A stretch of DNA of 64,000 bases from Nitrospirota bacterium (GCA_963840455.1 CAWIYV010000007.1:224001-288000); one strand, 5' to 3'. Positions 40,391 through 49,641 are shown, counted from the first letter of the stretch. A program made the numbers and translations. Notes: a model not told the origin generated them from the sequence alone.

Positions 40391-41719
40391 ATGGAATACC
40401 GATCTCAGAAGATAGCCTACTGGTATTTTGCCATTGCCCTTGTCCTGTTCGTGCTCCAGGTCGTCCTGGGGCTCTGGCTCGCATTCAGCTATACCTTTAC
40501 CGTCCCGCAGGGCATCGTGGATGTTTTCTCCTTCGCCACATCGCGTGCCATGCATACGAACCTGCTCGTCCTTTGGATGCTGCTGGGATTCATGGGAGGG
40601 ACCTACTTCATCGTGCCTGAGGAAACGAAGAGAGAGATCTATTCAACGAAGCTCGCCTGGTTCCAGCTTATCGCGCTGGTGACGACCGGCGTCGTCGCCC
40701 TTATCGGCTTCGCTTTCGGGTGGACCCAGGGACGGCCGCTTCTTGAGATACCGACGACGCTTGACATTGTCGTGGTCATTGGTGCGCTCGTCTTTCTGTT
40801 CAATGTGGGTATGACCATGTACCTGGCGAAGCGATGGACCGTGATCCAGGGCACGCTTCTCGGAGGGCTGCTCTTTCTCGCGCTCCTGTATCTGTTCGGG
40901 ATCCCATTCTACCAGAATGAAGTGATCGACTGGTATTACTGGTGGTGGGTCATCCATCTCTGGGTGGAAGGCGCATGGGAACTTGTCACCGCCGCTATTT
41001 TCGCGTTCATCCTGATGAAGATCACGGGCGTGGACAGGCAGGTCGTGGAAAAGTGGCTGTACGTGGAGATCGGCCTCTTTCTCTTCACCGGCATCGCCGG
41101 GACCGGCCATCATTACTACTGGATCGGTGCGCCGAAGTACTGGCTCTGGGTAGGCGGGGTCTTTTCCGCTCTGGAGCCGCTCCCCATCGTGCTCATGCTC
41201 ATCGATACCATGAACCATGTCAAACAGCGAAAGGGGACAATGCAAAACCCTCTCGTATGGACCTATGCTGTCGGTTGCGCCGTCCTGCACCTGATCGGAG
41301 CCGGTGTCTGGGGATTCATGCATACACTCCCGCAGATCAACTACTATACCCACGGTTCCCAGGTCACTGTGTCTCACGGCCATCTGGCGTTCTTCGGCGC
41401 CTATGCGCTCCTGAACCTCACGATGTTCTACTTTGCCATGCCGCAGCTGAAGGGCATCGAAGAATTTGACGACAAGAGGGGTAAGATCGGATTCTGGACC
41501 ATGACCACGGCCATGATGCTGATGGGGCTTTCCTTCGGCATCGCCGGCGTGTTACAGTCCTACCTCGAACGCATGCTCGGCATGGGCTACATGGTCGCGC
41601 AGTCCTACATGCGGCTCTGGATGGGCGTGACCTTCTTCTTTGGGATCTGCTTCTTCACGGGCGTTCTGATCACGGTCACGGACCTGTTGACCTTGAGACC
41701 GGCGAGAAAACCTTCTTAA
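40391..41719 (+). CDS. norB: Nitric oxide reductase cytochrome b subunit (copy 1)
   Basis: RAMHTN, HLWVEGAWE, GTGHHYYWIG, SALEP and HGHLAFFG motifs. Confidence 0.93.
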   Translation: MEYRSQKIAYWYFAIALVLFVLQVVLGLWLAFSYTFTVPQGIVDVFSFATSRAMHTNLLVLWMLLGFMGGTYFIVPEETKREIYSTKLAWFQLIALVTTGVVALIGFAFGWTQGRPLLEIPTTLDIVVVIGALVFLFNVGMTMYLAKRWTVIQGTLLGGLLFLALLYLFGIPFYQNEVIDWYYWWWVIHLWVEGAWELVTAAIFAFILMKITGVDRQVVEKWLYVEIGLFLFTGIAGTGHHYYWIGAPKYWLWVGGVFSALEPLPIVLMLIDTMNHVKQRKGTMQNPLVWTYAVGCAVLHLIGAGVWGFMHTLPQINYYTHGSQVTVSHGHLAFFGAYALLNLTMFYFAMPQLKGIEEFDDKRGKIGFWTMTTAMMLMGLSFGIAGVLQSYLERMLGMGYMVAQSYMRLWMGVTFFFGICFFTGVLITVTDLLTLRPARKPS

Positions 41720-41789
41720 AGGGCAGATGGCAGCTTGGCAGGAATGTCGTGATGCTGGTCATGGATGCGGAAAGCGGGGGGTATGCCCA

Positions 41790-41978
41790 ATGGCAAAAAG
41801 GCCGGTAGTGAACGAGGACCTCTGCATCGGCTGCGGCCACTGCGCCGAGCTCTGTCCCAAGGTGTTCGAACTGGAGGACGAAAAGTCCAGGGTGATCGGT
41901 CCGGACCAGTGCGCGAGTTGCAACTGCCAGGAGGCCATCGACACTTGCCCGGTGCAGGCGATCAGCTGGAGCGAGTAG
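41790..41978 (+). CDS. Monocluster ferredoxin
   Basis: CIGCGHCAELCP...DTCPVQAI, 62 aa. Confidence 0.88.
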   Translation: MAKRPVVNEDLCIGCGHCAELCPKVFELEDEKSRVIGPDQCASCNCQEAIDTCPVQAISWSE

Positions 41979-42010
41979 GCGTTGCAGAAGCCGAACAGCG
42001 CAAAACTCCT

Positions 42011-42098
42011 TTACCGCGAAGTCGCAAAGAGCGCAAAGAAAATCCACGGCTCAATAACAATCAGTAACTTTGCAGCCTTCGCGCCTTGACGGTTCAAA
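42011..42098. repeat. Periodic palindromic intergenic element (cgcNaag family)
   Basis: ttaccgcgaagtcgcaaagagcgcaaag ... ctttgcagccttcgcgccttgacggttcaaa. Confidence 0.7.
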
Positions 42099-42160
42099 AA
42101 TTTTGACTTGCATTCATTTGACCCACATCGTGACGGGATGATCCCGGAAGGAGTAAGGAA

Positions 42161-42613
42161 ATGGAGCTCAAGATACCGCCGTCGCTGAAGCACGAACATG
42201 GGGAGATGCGCGCATCGCTCGAGATCGCCGCGAAAGCGGCTGGAAAGAGCGGAGAGGCGGCCCGCGAGGTCGCCCGCCTGCTCCTTCCGCATTTCAAGAA
42301 GGAAGAGGAGTACGCGCTGCCGCCCCTGGACGCACTGGCGGTCATGGCCGGAGGGGGGCTGCCCGAGATGCCGAAGTCCATCATCGACAAAGCTGACCGG
42401 CTGAGGCACGAACTTGCCGAAATGCTGCGGGAGCACAAGGCCATCGCAAAGGCCCTCGAGGACCTATATGAAACGGCAACGGGCGATGCGAGGCCGGAGC
42501 TGGCGCGGTTCGCAAAAAAACTGCTGCTCCATGCCCAGATGGAGGAGCAGATCTACTATCCCGCGGCATTGGTGATCGGCGACTATTTGAAATTGAAGAC
42601 GGGAAAAAGTTAG
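42161..42613 (+). CDS. Hemerythrin/HHE domain protein
   Basis: EH, HFKKEEE, EHK and HAQMEEQIYYP di-iron motifs. Confidence 0.85.
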   Translation: MELKIPPSLKHEHGEMRASLEIAAKAAGKSGEAAREVARLLLPHFKKEEEYALPPLDALAVMAGGGLPEMPKSIIDKADRLRHELAEMLREHKAIAKALEDLYETATGDARPELARFAKKLLLHAQMEEQIYYPAALVIGDYLKLKTGKS

Positions 42614-42644
42614 CGGCAGCAGGGCCGCTCATCACCTCCTTGCG

Positions 42645-42673
42645 TTGACAAAATATCACCCCTGTGTTACAGT
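42645..42673 (+). promoter_or_regulatory. Sigma70 promoter of the protoglobin-PsiE gene
   Basis: TTGACA, 17-nt spacer, TACAGT; ends 20 nt upstream of the ATG. Confidence 0.6.
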
Positions 42674-42692
42674 TTTTCCCTGAGGAAAATCC

Positions 42693-43589
42693 ATGCGATC
42701 GATCAAAGAGATCAAGCAGGACTACCGGTTCACCCCCGACGATGAGTGGCGGCTTTCACGGCTCAAGACCCTCATGGAGGAGCATGCCGAGGAGATCATG
42801 AGCACGGTCTCGCTCTGGTTCAAGGGCACCAGGGGTGCGGCGAAGTTCTTTACCGAGGAGACCCTGCAGCAGCATGTGTCCGTTTCACAGAAGGACTGGT
42901 TCCAGCTGCTCTTTTCCGGCAAATACGACAACTCCTACTACGACAAATTGATCAAGATCGGTATGGCGCACATGCGCCGGAACGTGGACGTGCATTACCT
43001 CCATCGCATGGCGAACATTATCAAGAACTCCTGCACAGGCGTTCTGTCCAAGACCGATGATCCCCGCGACGAGATGGTAAACAATATTGTTTCGGTCGGC
43101 AAGATCGTGGACATCAGCCTGAACATTATCACCAATGCCTATATCGAGGAAGAGATGCGCGTCTATTCGCCGGTGTACAAGGTGAAGAGTGCGCTGATCA
43201 ACTTTTCCGAGCGGTTCTCGCAGGTCACGAACCTTCTGCTGGTGCTTGCCCTTATGGGTCTCACCATCGGGGTGGGATGGCTTTTTATGCAGGACGTCAT
43301 GCATCTTGCTACCGGTGATGTGGAGCGCGGCATCATCTCGGCGCTCGGCTCCATGCTGCTGCTATGGCTCATGATCGAGCTGATGAACACCGAGATCTCC
43401 CACCTCAAGGGAGGGAAGTTCCATATCAGCGTCTTCGTGGGGGTTGCGCTCGTGACCATGATCCGGGAGACCATGATCGCGACGCTGAAGCACGAAAAAC
43501 CAGAGTCGATATACTATCTCATCGCCGCCATCCTTGTCATCGGATTCGTCTACTGGATCGTGACCAGGGCCGAGGAAAAGCAAAAATGA
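42693..43589 (+). CDS. Protoglobin/sensor-globin domain fused to a PsiE-like 4-TM domain
   Basis: FTPDD..L, WFQLLFSGKYD..Y...KIGMAH (proximal His); C-terminal LLLWLMIEL..T, VALVTMIRE. Confidence 0.8.
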   Translation: MRSIKEIKQDYRFTPDDEWRLSRLKTLMEEHAEEIMSTVSLWFKGTRGAAKFFTEETLQQHVSVSQKDWFQLLFSGKYDNSYYDKLIKIGMAHMRRNVDVHYLHRMANIIKNSCTGVLSKTDDPRDEMVNNIVSVGKIVDISLNIITNAYIEEEMRVYSPVYKVKSALINFSERFSQVTNLLLVLALMGLTIGVGWLFMQDVMHLATGDVERGIISALGSMLLLWLMIELMNTEISHLKGGKFHISVFVGVALVTMIRETMIATLKHEKPESIYYLIAAILVIGFVYWIVTRAEEKQK

Positions 43590-43872
43590 TGTCTGCTGCC
43601 GCTCAGACATACATCACAGATTGGCCATTCAGCCTTTCTTCAGAGGCTTTTTCAGTGACGACCGAATAATGACATCGGGCTTTCGCAAAGACGGCTAGTT
43701 TGCTATACTGGTGCGTAACGTCCGCAAGAAACCTGACCGGCGTCTATGCGGAGGGCAGGACAGAACCATGGCGCGTCCATGACGGAACACACATCGTAAG
43801 GGGAGAGCCGGCAGCACGCGGGCTGCTGTTGCCGATACGATAGTGTCACGGATAACGAGCGGAGGGTGACCA

Positions 43873-44502
43873 ATGGAAGTCTTTCCGAAGCAGTGTGAGA
43901 TCACCGAGCAGGACCTGAGGGCGGCGCTTCTCGACCTCAAAGGATATGTAGACGTGACCGAAGAGGACCTGATGAAGATCTATACATCGGCCCTCGTTCA
44001 CGCAAAGAACCGCCTGAAGCACTCGATCACGGTGGCTGACCTTATGACCAAGGACGTGGTCACGGTAAAGAAAGAGACCAGCCTCGTAGAGGCGGCACGG
44101 CGTCTCACCGGCCTCCGCATCAGCGGCATGCCTGTTGTTGACGACAAGGATATGGTGATCGGCGTGGTCGGGGAACTGGACATCATTTCCGCGGTGGGGG
44201 GGCAAAAGAGCAGCGGCGTAAAGAACATCTTTCGACGGATGCTCGGAGAACCGGTACCCTCGCAGAAGGAAGGGGATACCGTCGGCGATGTCATGAGCAC
44301 TCCTCCCATCACCATTCGGCCGACAGAGGACATACGCGAGGCCGCCCACATTCTTGAGGGACACAGGATAAAACGCATTCCTGTCATCGACGAATTTGGC
44401 AGGCTCATCGGCGTGATCTCGCGGGCTGACATCGTGAGAGGCATGAGCAGGGCGGGCAGAGCAACGGAGCCCTCGAGGAAAAGCCACCGGGCAGGGCACT
44501 AA
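43873..44502 (+). CDS. CBS-pair protein (HPP-associated)
   Basis: YVDVTEEDL linker; VADLMT, ISGMPVVD, VGDVMS, IKRIPVID, GVISRADI. Confidence 0.88.
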   Translation: MEVFPKQCEITEQDLRAALLDLKGYVDVTEEDLMKIYTSALVHAKNRLKHSITVADLMTKDVVTVKKETSLVEAARRLTGLRISGMPVVDDKDMVIGVVGELDIISAVGGQKSSGVKNIFRRMLGEPVPSQKEGDTVGDVMSTPPITIRPTEDIREAAHILEGHRIKRIPVIDEFGRLIGVISRADIVRGMSRAGRATEPSRKSHRAGH

Positions 44503-44541
44503 TCTCCGGTCCATAGGATCACGGGACGCATACCGAACTTC

Positions 44542-45087
44542 ATGACCGTACGCGAATATCTGGTAAAGATGAAGGGCACGGCCAAGTCCCCGCCGGGCGT
44601 CGGGGCAGGGGAACTGGTGTGGTCCTGGATCGGGTCGGTCATCGGCATCGGAGCGTGCGGCTGGCTGTCGGCGCACTATTTCGAGCCACGGGACCTGACG
44701 CTGCTTATCGGGTCCTTCGGTGCATCGGCGGTCCTGGTGTACGGGGCCATCAAAAGCCCCCTCGCCCAGCCACGTAACCTCATCGGCGGGCACGTGCTCT
44801 CGGGCCTCGTAGGCGTTTCCTGCTGGCAATTGTTTGGCGGCATGGTCTGGCTCGCCGCCGCTCTTGCCGTGTCCCTTGCCATCGTTGCCATGCTCGCCAC
44901 CAAGACACTCCATCCGCCGGGAGGCGCTACGGCGCTCATCGCCGTGATCGGTGGCGACAAGGTCCATAACCTCGGTTTTCTCTATGCCTTTGTTCCTGCC
45001 GGAGCTGGTGCCCTGGTCCTCCTGCTGGTCGCCCTTATCGTGAACAACCTCTCAAAGAACAGGAAGTATCCGGAGTACTGGTTCTAG
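44542..45087 (+). CDS. HPP family membrane protein (candidate nitrite transporter)
   Basis: SFGASAVLVYG, SPLAQPRN, LHPPGGATAL; terminal YPEYWF. Confidence 0.9.
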   Translation: MTVREYLVKMKGTAKSPPGVGAGELVWSWIGSVIGIGACGWLSAHYFEPRDLTLLIGSFGASAVLVYGAIKSPLAQPRNLIGGHVLSGLVGVSCWQLFGGMVWLAAALAVSLAIVAMLATKTLHPPGGATALIAVIGGDKVHNLGFLYAFVPAGAGALVLLLVALIVNNLSKNRKYPEYWF

Positions 45088-45126
45088 GGATCCTTCTATT
45101 TTTCTTCATAATATCGTATACAACAG

Positions 45127-45160
45127 AAAAGGCCTTCACCTGATCGGGTGAAGGCCTTTA
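45127..45160. terminator. Bidirectional terminator between convergent HPP and prx genes
   Basis: aaaaggccttcacc-tgatcg-ggtgaaggccttt; long perfect stem with A/T flanks. Confidence 0.8.
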
Positions 45161-45187
45161 TCGTTCAAACGCTTGCTAATGCCGGCT

Positions 45188-45802
45188 TTACTTCTTCACC
45201 GCCTCTGATACCTTCCCGACCATCTTGGCGGATGGTTTCAGCGTGATGTCACCCACCTTCCTCCACTGCGCCGGGCAGGCCTCGGCAGGGTTCGCGGCGA
45301 GGTGTTTGTTCGCTATGATCTTCCTGAGGATCTCCTCGACGTTCCTACCCAGGTTGTAGAAGTTCACTTCGCTGTTCATGATCATCCCCTGGGGGCTGAT
45401 CAGGAAGGTCCCGCGGAGCGAGAGGCCCGAAGCCTCGTCGAGCACGCCGAACAGGCGGCAGATGCGTCCCGTCGGGTCCGAGCCCATGGGATATTTGACC
45501 TTCTCGAGCAGCTTCTCATCCCGCTGCCAGGCAAGATGCACGAACTTGGTATCCCGGCTGACCGTGACGACCTCGGCGCCCTCCTTCCTGAACTCCTCGT
45601 ACCGCTCTGCCAGAGCGGAGAACTCGGTGGCTCAGACGAAGGTGAAGTCCGCCGGGTAAAAGAACAGGACCGTCCATTTGCCCGCTTTGCCCAGCGCCGC
45701 GATGTCGATCTCGCCGAAATCACCCTTGACCGGATCGAACGTTTCGATCTTGAGGTCCGGCACGCTCTGTCCTACCCGCAAGCCGCATACATGCTCTTCC
45801 AT
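45188..45802 (-). CDS. prxU: Selenocysteine-containing peroxiredoxin (AhpC/PrxU), 204 aa, Sec57
   Basis: GGAGG RBS and ATG at 45802. FFYPADFTFV-TGA-ATEF puts UGA (45632-34) at the peroxidatic Cys position. Frame continues to EACPAQW and TAA. Confidence 0.92.
45602..45618 (-). promoter_or_regulatory. Bacterial SECIS-like hairpin
   Basis: ccgctct-ggc-agagcgg: 7-bp stem starting 13 nt after UGA, with G-first apical loop. Confidence 0.7.
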
Positions 45803-45887
45803 ATAAAAGTCCTCCCTGGCTCGCCGCGACCGCGATCACCACGCTCGCCACTCGCGGCGGTCTTGAACGCGGCACTGACCGCAGGTC

Positions 45888-47351
45888 TTACAGCCGTTCC
45901 TGGACGCCGTAGGGGTCCTTGAACTCCGCCTTCTTGTCGAAGGTGAGCTTCTTCTTGCCTCTCCCATCGAGATACTTCTCGAGCTCCAAGTTCACCGTCA
46001 CCGGCGTATCGATGCCGGCCTTTGCCAGGGCCTGGCGAAGAAGTCCCTCTGCCTTTCCTGCGAAGGCCAGGGCGTCGCCCAGGTTGCGCTGGGCCTCGGT
46101 GGGATTATGGAAACCGACGGAGTTCTCTGCGCCAATGTATACCACGCGGTAGAAGGCCTCTTCATAGAAGTTCTTTGCCTTGTCATAGAGCGCTTTGTCG
46201 ATCTTCTTGCCTGATTCCTGCGCCGCATTGGCCTTTTCGAAAAGCTTGGCAACAGTCGCCGTAGCATAGCCGGCCCGGATCATGAGCGATGTCGTGCGGT
46301 CCTGGATGGCGAACACCTGGCCTTTGAGCCAGTCAATGGTCTCGGTGTGGCACTGCATGCAGGCCTTCATGTCGTTCTTGAGCGGGCTCATGATGCGGTG
46401 GTCCGACACTTTGGAGGACCCGACCCGTGTATAGGGCATATGACAGTCGGCGCAGGCCGCACCGGCCTTCCAGTGCACGCTGTTGTTCGAGAAGAGCTCA
46501 TACTCCGGGTGGCGGATGAAGGCCAGTTTGAAACCGGTCACTGTCTGCTTCCATTCTCCGTATGAGGTGTCGCTGCGGAGCTTCTTGATGACGTTCTCCA
46601 CGGAGATGTTCCCCATGGTGCTGCCCTGCCACGGGAAAAAGACGCCCGTGGAATGCATGTCCTGGTCCTTGGGAATCGAATAGGTGACATGGCACTGGGC
46701 GCAGACCAGGCTCCGCATCTCCTGACGGGTGAGCTTCTGCCGGTCGACGCCCATGTCCGTGAGCGCCTTCCCGAGCGTGAACTCCCTGCTGATCCTGAGC
46801 GACATGTCCTTGTTGTCATGACAATCGATGCACGCGACGCCAAGCTTGCTGTGCTGCTCCGGAATCATGGCGTGTACGTCCTGATAGGGCTTGCTGTAGT
46901 AGTCCTTGCCCATGTCCTTCTCCAGCTTCGGCGCGTAGGGCGTCTTGCAGGTGAGGCAGACGCCGCCGGCCTTGACCCTGGCCGCATCCACCTCGAGCTG
47001 ATCGGAAAGCATGCGTGCATGACCCCGCGGCTCGTTGTATTCGATGCCGAATCCCCAGCCGTTGAACAGCAAGGCCAAATAGGGGAATTCCGAAAGCTTG
47101 TCATAGGTGATCCGGTCCGCGTCGAAACCCCGTTTATACTTGCTCTTGCCGGCAGGCTCCGGCTCTCCGGTCTTCTTCCAGAGCTCATAGTTCACAGGGT
47201 AGGCTTTGCCCCAGTCAGCCGGCTCGTAGTCGTTGTCCGCGATCTTCACGGGCCGCACCATCTCGGCTTTCTGGGGCTTGCAGCTCACGATGACGGCAAA
47301 GACGATCATCGCGACGATGAAGAACAGGATAATGCCTTTTTTCATTTTCAT
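45888..47351 (-). CDS. nrfA: Ammonia-forming cytochrome c nitrite reductase, pentaheme
   Basis: YNEPRGH; catalytic CLTCK plus CIDCH, CAQCH, CADCH, CMQCH; IRHPEYE; AENSVGFH; lipoprotein-like signal. Confidence 0.95.
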   Translation of the reverse strand: MKMKKGIILFFIVAMIVFAVIVSCKPQKAEMVRPVKIADNDYEPADWGKAYPVNYELWKKTGEPEPAGKSKYKRGFDADRITYDKLSEFPYLALLFNGWGFGIEYNEPRGHARMLSDQLEVDAARVKAGGVCLTCKTPYAPKLEKDMGKDYYSKPYQDVHAMIPEQHSKLGVACIDCHDNKDMSLRISREFTLGKALTDMGVDRQKLTRQEMRSLVCAQCHVTYSIPKDQDMHSTGVFFPWQGSTMGNISVENVIKKLRSDTSYGEWKQTVTGFKLAFIRHPEYELFSNNSVHWKAGAACADCHMPYTRVGSSKVSDHRIMSPLKNDMKACMQCHTETIDWLKGQVFAIQDRTTSLMIRAGYATATVAKLFEKANAAQESGKKIDKALYDKAKNFYEEAFYRVVYIGAENSVGFHNPTEAQRNLGDALAFAGKAEGLLRQALAKAGIDTPVTVNLELEKYLDGRGKKKLTFDKKAEFKDPYGVQERL

Positions 47352-47368
47352 GGCAGACCTCCTTGGCC

Positions 47369-47827
47369 TTAGATAGTTTGCATCGCGCCGCTCCGCGTGT
47401 GCATGATCCTGCGGTGGCATTCCCAGCAGTTGCGTTCCTGGTCGATGAGCATGACGGTCTGTTCATGGCACCGGACGCAGTTCGCCTGTACGACCTTTTC
47501 GCCGTGCGCTGTCAAATGGATCTTCTCGGGCACAGAGCCGGAATAAAAGAGCAGGGCATCCTTCATACCGTCGATGCTCTTCCATAGATAATGGACGCCG
47601 GCGTTCCCGTTCGGCAGATGGCAGTCCACGCACATCTTTCTGCGGTGGGCTCCTGCATGGGCCCACGCCTCAAATTCCGATTCCATGACATGGCACTGGA
47701 CGCAGAAGGACGGCTGGTCGGATTTGGCGAGGAGCTTTGGCGGGCCGAAGAGGAGGAAAAGCACAACAACGATGCCTCCGGCAATGAGAAGGGACACGAT
47801 GGCTTTTCGTGATGTCAAGAGAGACAT
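47369..47827 (-). CDS. nrfH: Tetraheme NrfH quinol dehydrogenase subunit
   Basis: N-terminal TM; FCVQCHVM, CVDCHLP, CVRCH, CWECH; AGGAGGT RBS. Confidence 0.92.
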   Translation of the reverse strand: MSLLTSRKAIVSLLIAGGIVVVLFLLFGPPKLLAKSDQPSFCVQCHVMESEFEAWAHAGAHRRKMCVDCHLPNGNAGVHYLWKSIDGMKDALLFYSGSVPEKIHLTAHGEKVVQANCVRCHEQTVMLIDQERNCWECHRRIMHTRSGAMQTI

Positions 47828-48147
47828 ACTATTCACCTCCTTATATACGGGATCACATCAACTGCACTTATGCCAGTGCGCAATCATTGAAAGGAATAAG
47901 AAGGGGACCGGTGCAGCAGCAGATACGCCCTATTGCATAATGATGCAAAAAGATTCAGCCAGAAATTTCCTCGGACAAGCAGCTCGCAGCGTGCCACACG
48001 ACACCATGGAGTTATGGTAGCACAATTCACGGAAAAGAGTGCCTGCACTATGGCTCGTGCAGGCTTCACCGTTCGTCGACAGTGTCAAAGAAGGAGGGGG
48101 CGGGACAGGTGAGGGGCGACGACGCGTCAGGGTAGGGTACGGTCGTC

Positions 48148-48462
48148 CTACTCTACCGGGGTCACAACGGCCAAGACGACCAGCTTCTCGCCCTGGTCAG
48201 CTGCAAAGCCGTGGGGAACGTTCGGGTCGCAGGGGATGCAGGTCTTCTCGTCGGCCACGATCTTCTCCTCGCCCACGGTAATGGTGCCTTTGCCCTCGAC
48301 TACGTACATGAGCAGCCGGAGCGGCGCCTTGTGCGGGTCCAGCTTCTGGCCGGGGTTCAGGCACATGAGGGCGATACGCATCTCCGGGCTGTCCTTCAGC
48401 ATCTCGCGGGAGATGCGGTCGGGGTAGAACTTCGCTACTTTTTTCAGGTCGATGGTTTCCAT
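48148..48462 (-). CDS. Cupin domain protein
   Basis: PGQKLDPH, YVVEGKG and PNVPHG motifs. Confidence 0.85.
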   Translation of the reverse strand: METIDLKKVAKFYPDRISREMLKDSPEMRIALMCLNPGQKLDPHKAPLRLLMYVVEGKGTITVGEEKIVADEKTCIPCDPNVPHGFAADQGEKLVVLAVVTPVE

Positions 48463-48489
48463 GGAGGTCTCCTTTATATTATGATAAAT

Positions 48490-48650
48490 CACAGAGGCAC
48501 AGAGGGCACGGAGAAGAGCGAAATGCTTGTTTACCGCAAAGACACGAGGAATGCGAAGAAAGCCATTCTTGTTTTGATCTTAGAATCCCTCGCGACCCTT
48601 GCGCCTTCGCGGTTCAAAGGTGTTCGTATTCCGCCGTGACTCCGTGGTGA
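48490..48650. repeat. Nested periodic palindromic elements (cacagag family enclosing cgcNaag family)
   Basis: Outer cacagaggcacagagggcacggag ... ccgtgactccgtggtg; inner 48531-48618 ttaccgcaaag ... cttcgcggttcaaa. Confidence 0.65.
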
Positions 48651-48656
48651 GATTTG

Positions 48657-49592
48657 CTATGCTTTGATGCCATGCGGTGGCACCAGGCTCCTGCAGTTCT
48701 CCTCCGGCAGGGCGCAGCCCTTGCCAAAGCCGAGATGGAACAGGCCCTTGCCTGTTCCGAGCTCCTTGTTGCACGCTACAATGCAGGCGCTGCAGTTGAC
48801 GCACGATATGTCACGTTTGTTCTTCCGGGGCGTCACGTTCATAAAGCAGGACTGGTCGCAGCCTTTGCAGTCCGTGCAGGCCGAGATCCGGTTCGTGTCC
48901 ATCTTGATCCTGAGGGAGACCGGGCTGATCCAGCCGAAGAGCATCTGCATGAGCCCGGCCGCGCAGACGTACCGGCAAAGGACATGGCGCACTACGATGG
49001 ATGTGATGAGCATGTAGATGGCGACGCCGATGATGCCCGCTTGCACGCCAAAGGTGAACTCTCCGGTCATGACCTGGTGCCAGACGGTCTTGGGCGCCAC
49101 AAAATATCCGGTCAGGGCGATCCCGCCCGCCAGGGGGATGACAACGGCGCTCAGGACCGCAATGGCCCCGTAGAGAAGCGGACTGCCTTTCGCGTTCATC
49201 GGATCGCTCGGGCGCTTCCCGAACAGGTTCCTCCTGCCGGTGAGCTTCAGCGTCAGGAAGTCCGACAGCTCGAACAGTGCGCCTTCCGGGCAAAGCCATC
49301 CGCAGAAGAGCCTTCCGGTGAGCCAGCCGAGCAGCGGGAAGATGGCCAGGAACAGGACCCACGGCAGGATGCCCTTCAGGAAGAACTGGCCTGCGATATG
49401 CAATGCGCCCAGCGGTGTCCTGTCCGTAAAATATTCCGGATGGATGCCGAAGCTCCAGGACGTGCCGAACAGGATGAGCTCATGGGTGTCCGAATCGATG
49501 CGCAGGATATTCAGCACCGGCATCAGGAAGATGAACAGGATGAACGCGACCTGGGAGATGCGTCGCCAGGTTGTGAGGGTCGTTTGTGTCAT
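48657..49592 (-). CDS. NapH/CcoG-like membrane 4Fe-4S protein
   Basis: GRLFCGWLCP, LCRYVCAAG, CTDCKGCDQSC, CVNCSACIVAC; several TMs. Confidence 0.85.
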   Translation of the reverse strand: MTQTTLTTWRRISQVAFILFIFLMPVLNILRIDSDTHELILFGTSWSFGIHPEYFTDRTPLGALHIAGQFFLKGILPWVLFLAIFPLLGWLTGRLFCGWLCPEGALFELSDFLTLKLTGRRNLFGKRPSDPMNAKGSPLLYGAIAVLSAVVIPLAGGIALTGYFVAPKTVWHQVMTGEFTFGVQAGIIGVAIYMLITSIVVRHVLCRYVCAAGLMQMLFGWISPVSLRIKMDTNRISACTDCKGCDQSCFMNVTPRKNKRDISCVNCSACIVACNKELGTGKGLFHLGFGKGCALPEENCRSLVPPHGIKA

Positions 49593-49598
49593 GTGTAA

Positions 49599-49641
49599 AG
49601 TATACCGCTGTTCGTGCAGGAGGGGTATGACCTGTGTCATA
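49599..49641 (-). promoter_or_regulatory. Class II Crp/Fnr-type promoter (site TATGAC-N4-GTCATA at -41.5; -10 TATACT); probably leaderless mRNA
   Basis: Palindrome at 49626-41, -10 at 49599-604; predicted +1 falls on the A of the ATG at 49592; no RBS. Confidence 0.65.

Noticed and set aside
43590-43870. Riboswitch (fluoride-like gatgtc/gacatc pairing) ahead of CBS-HPP
   Set aside because: The consensus core is not matched; only short complementarity.
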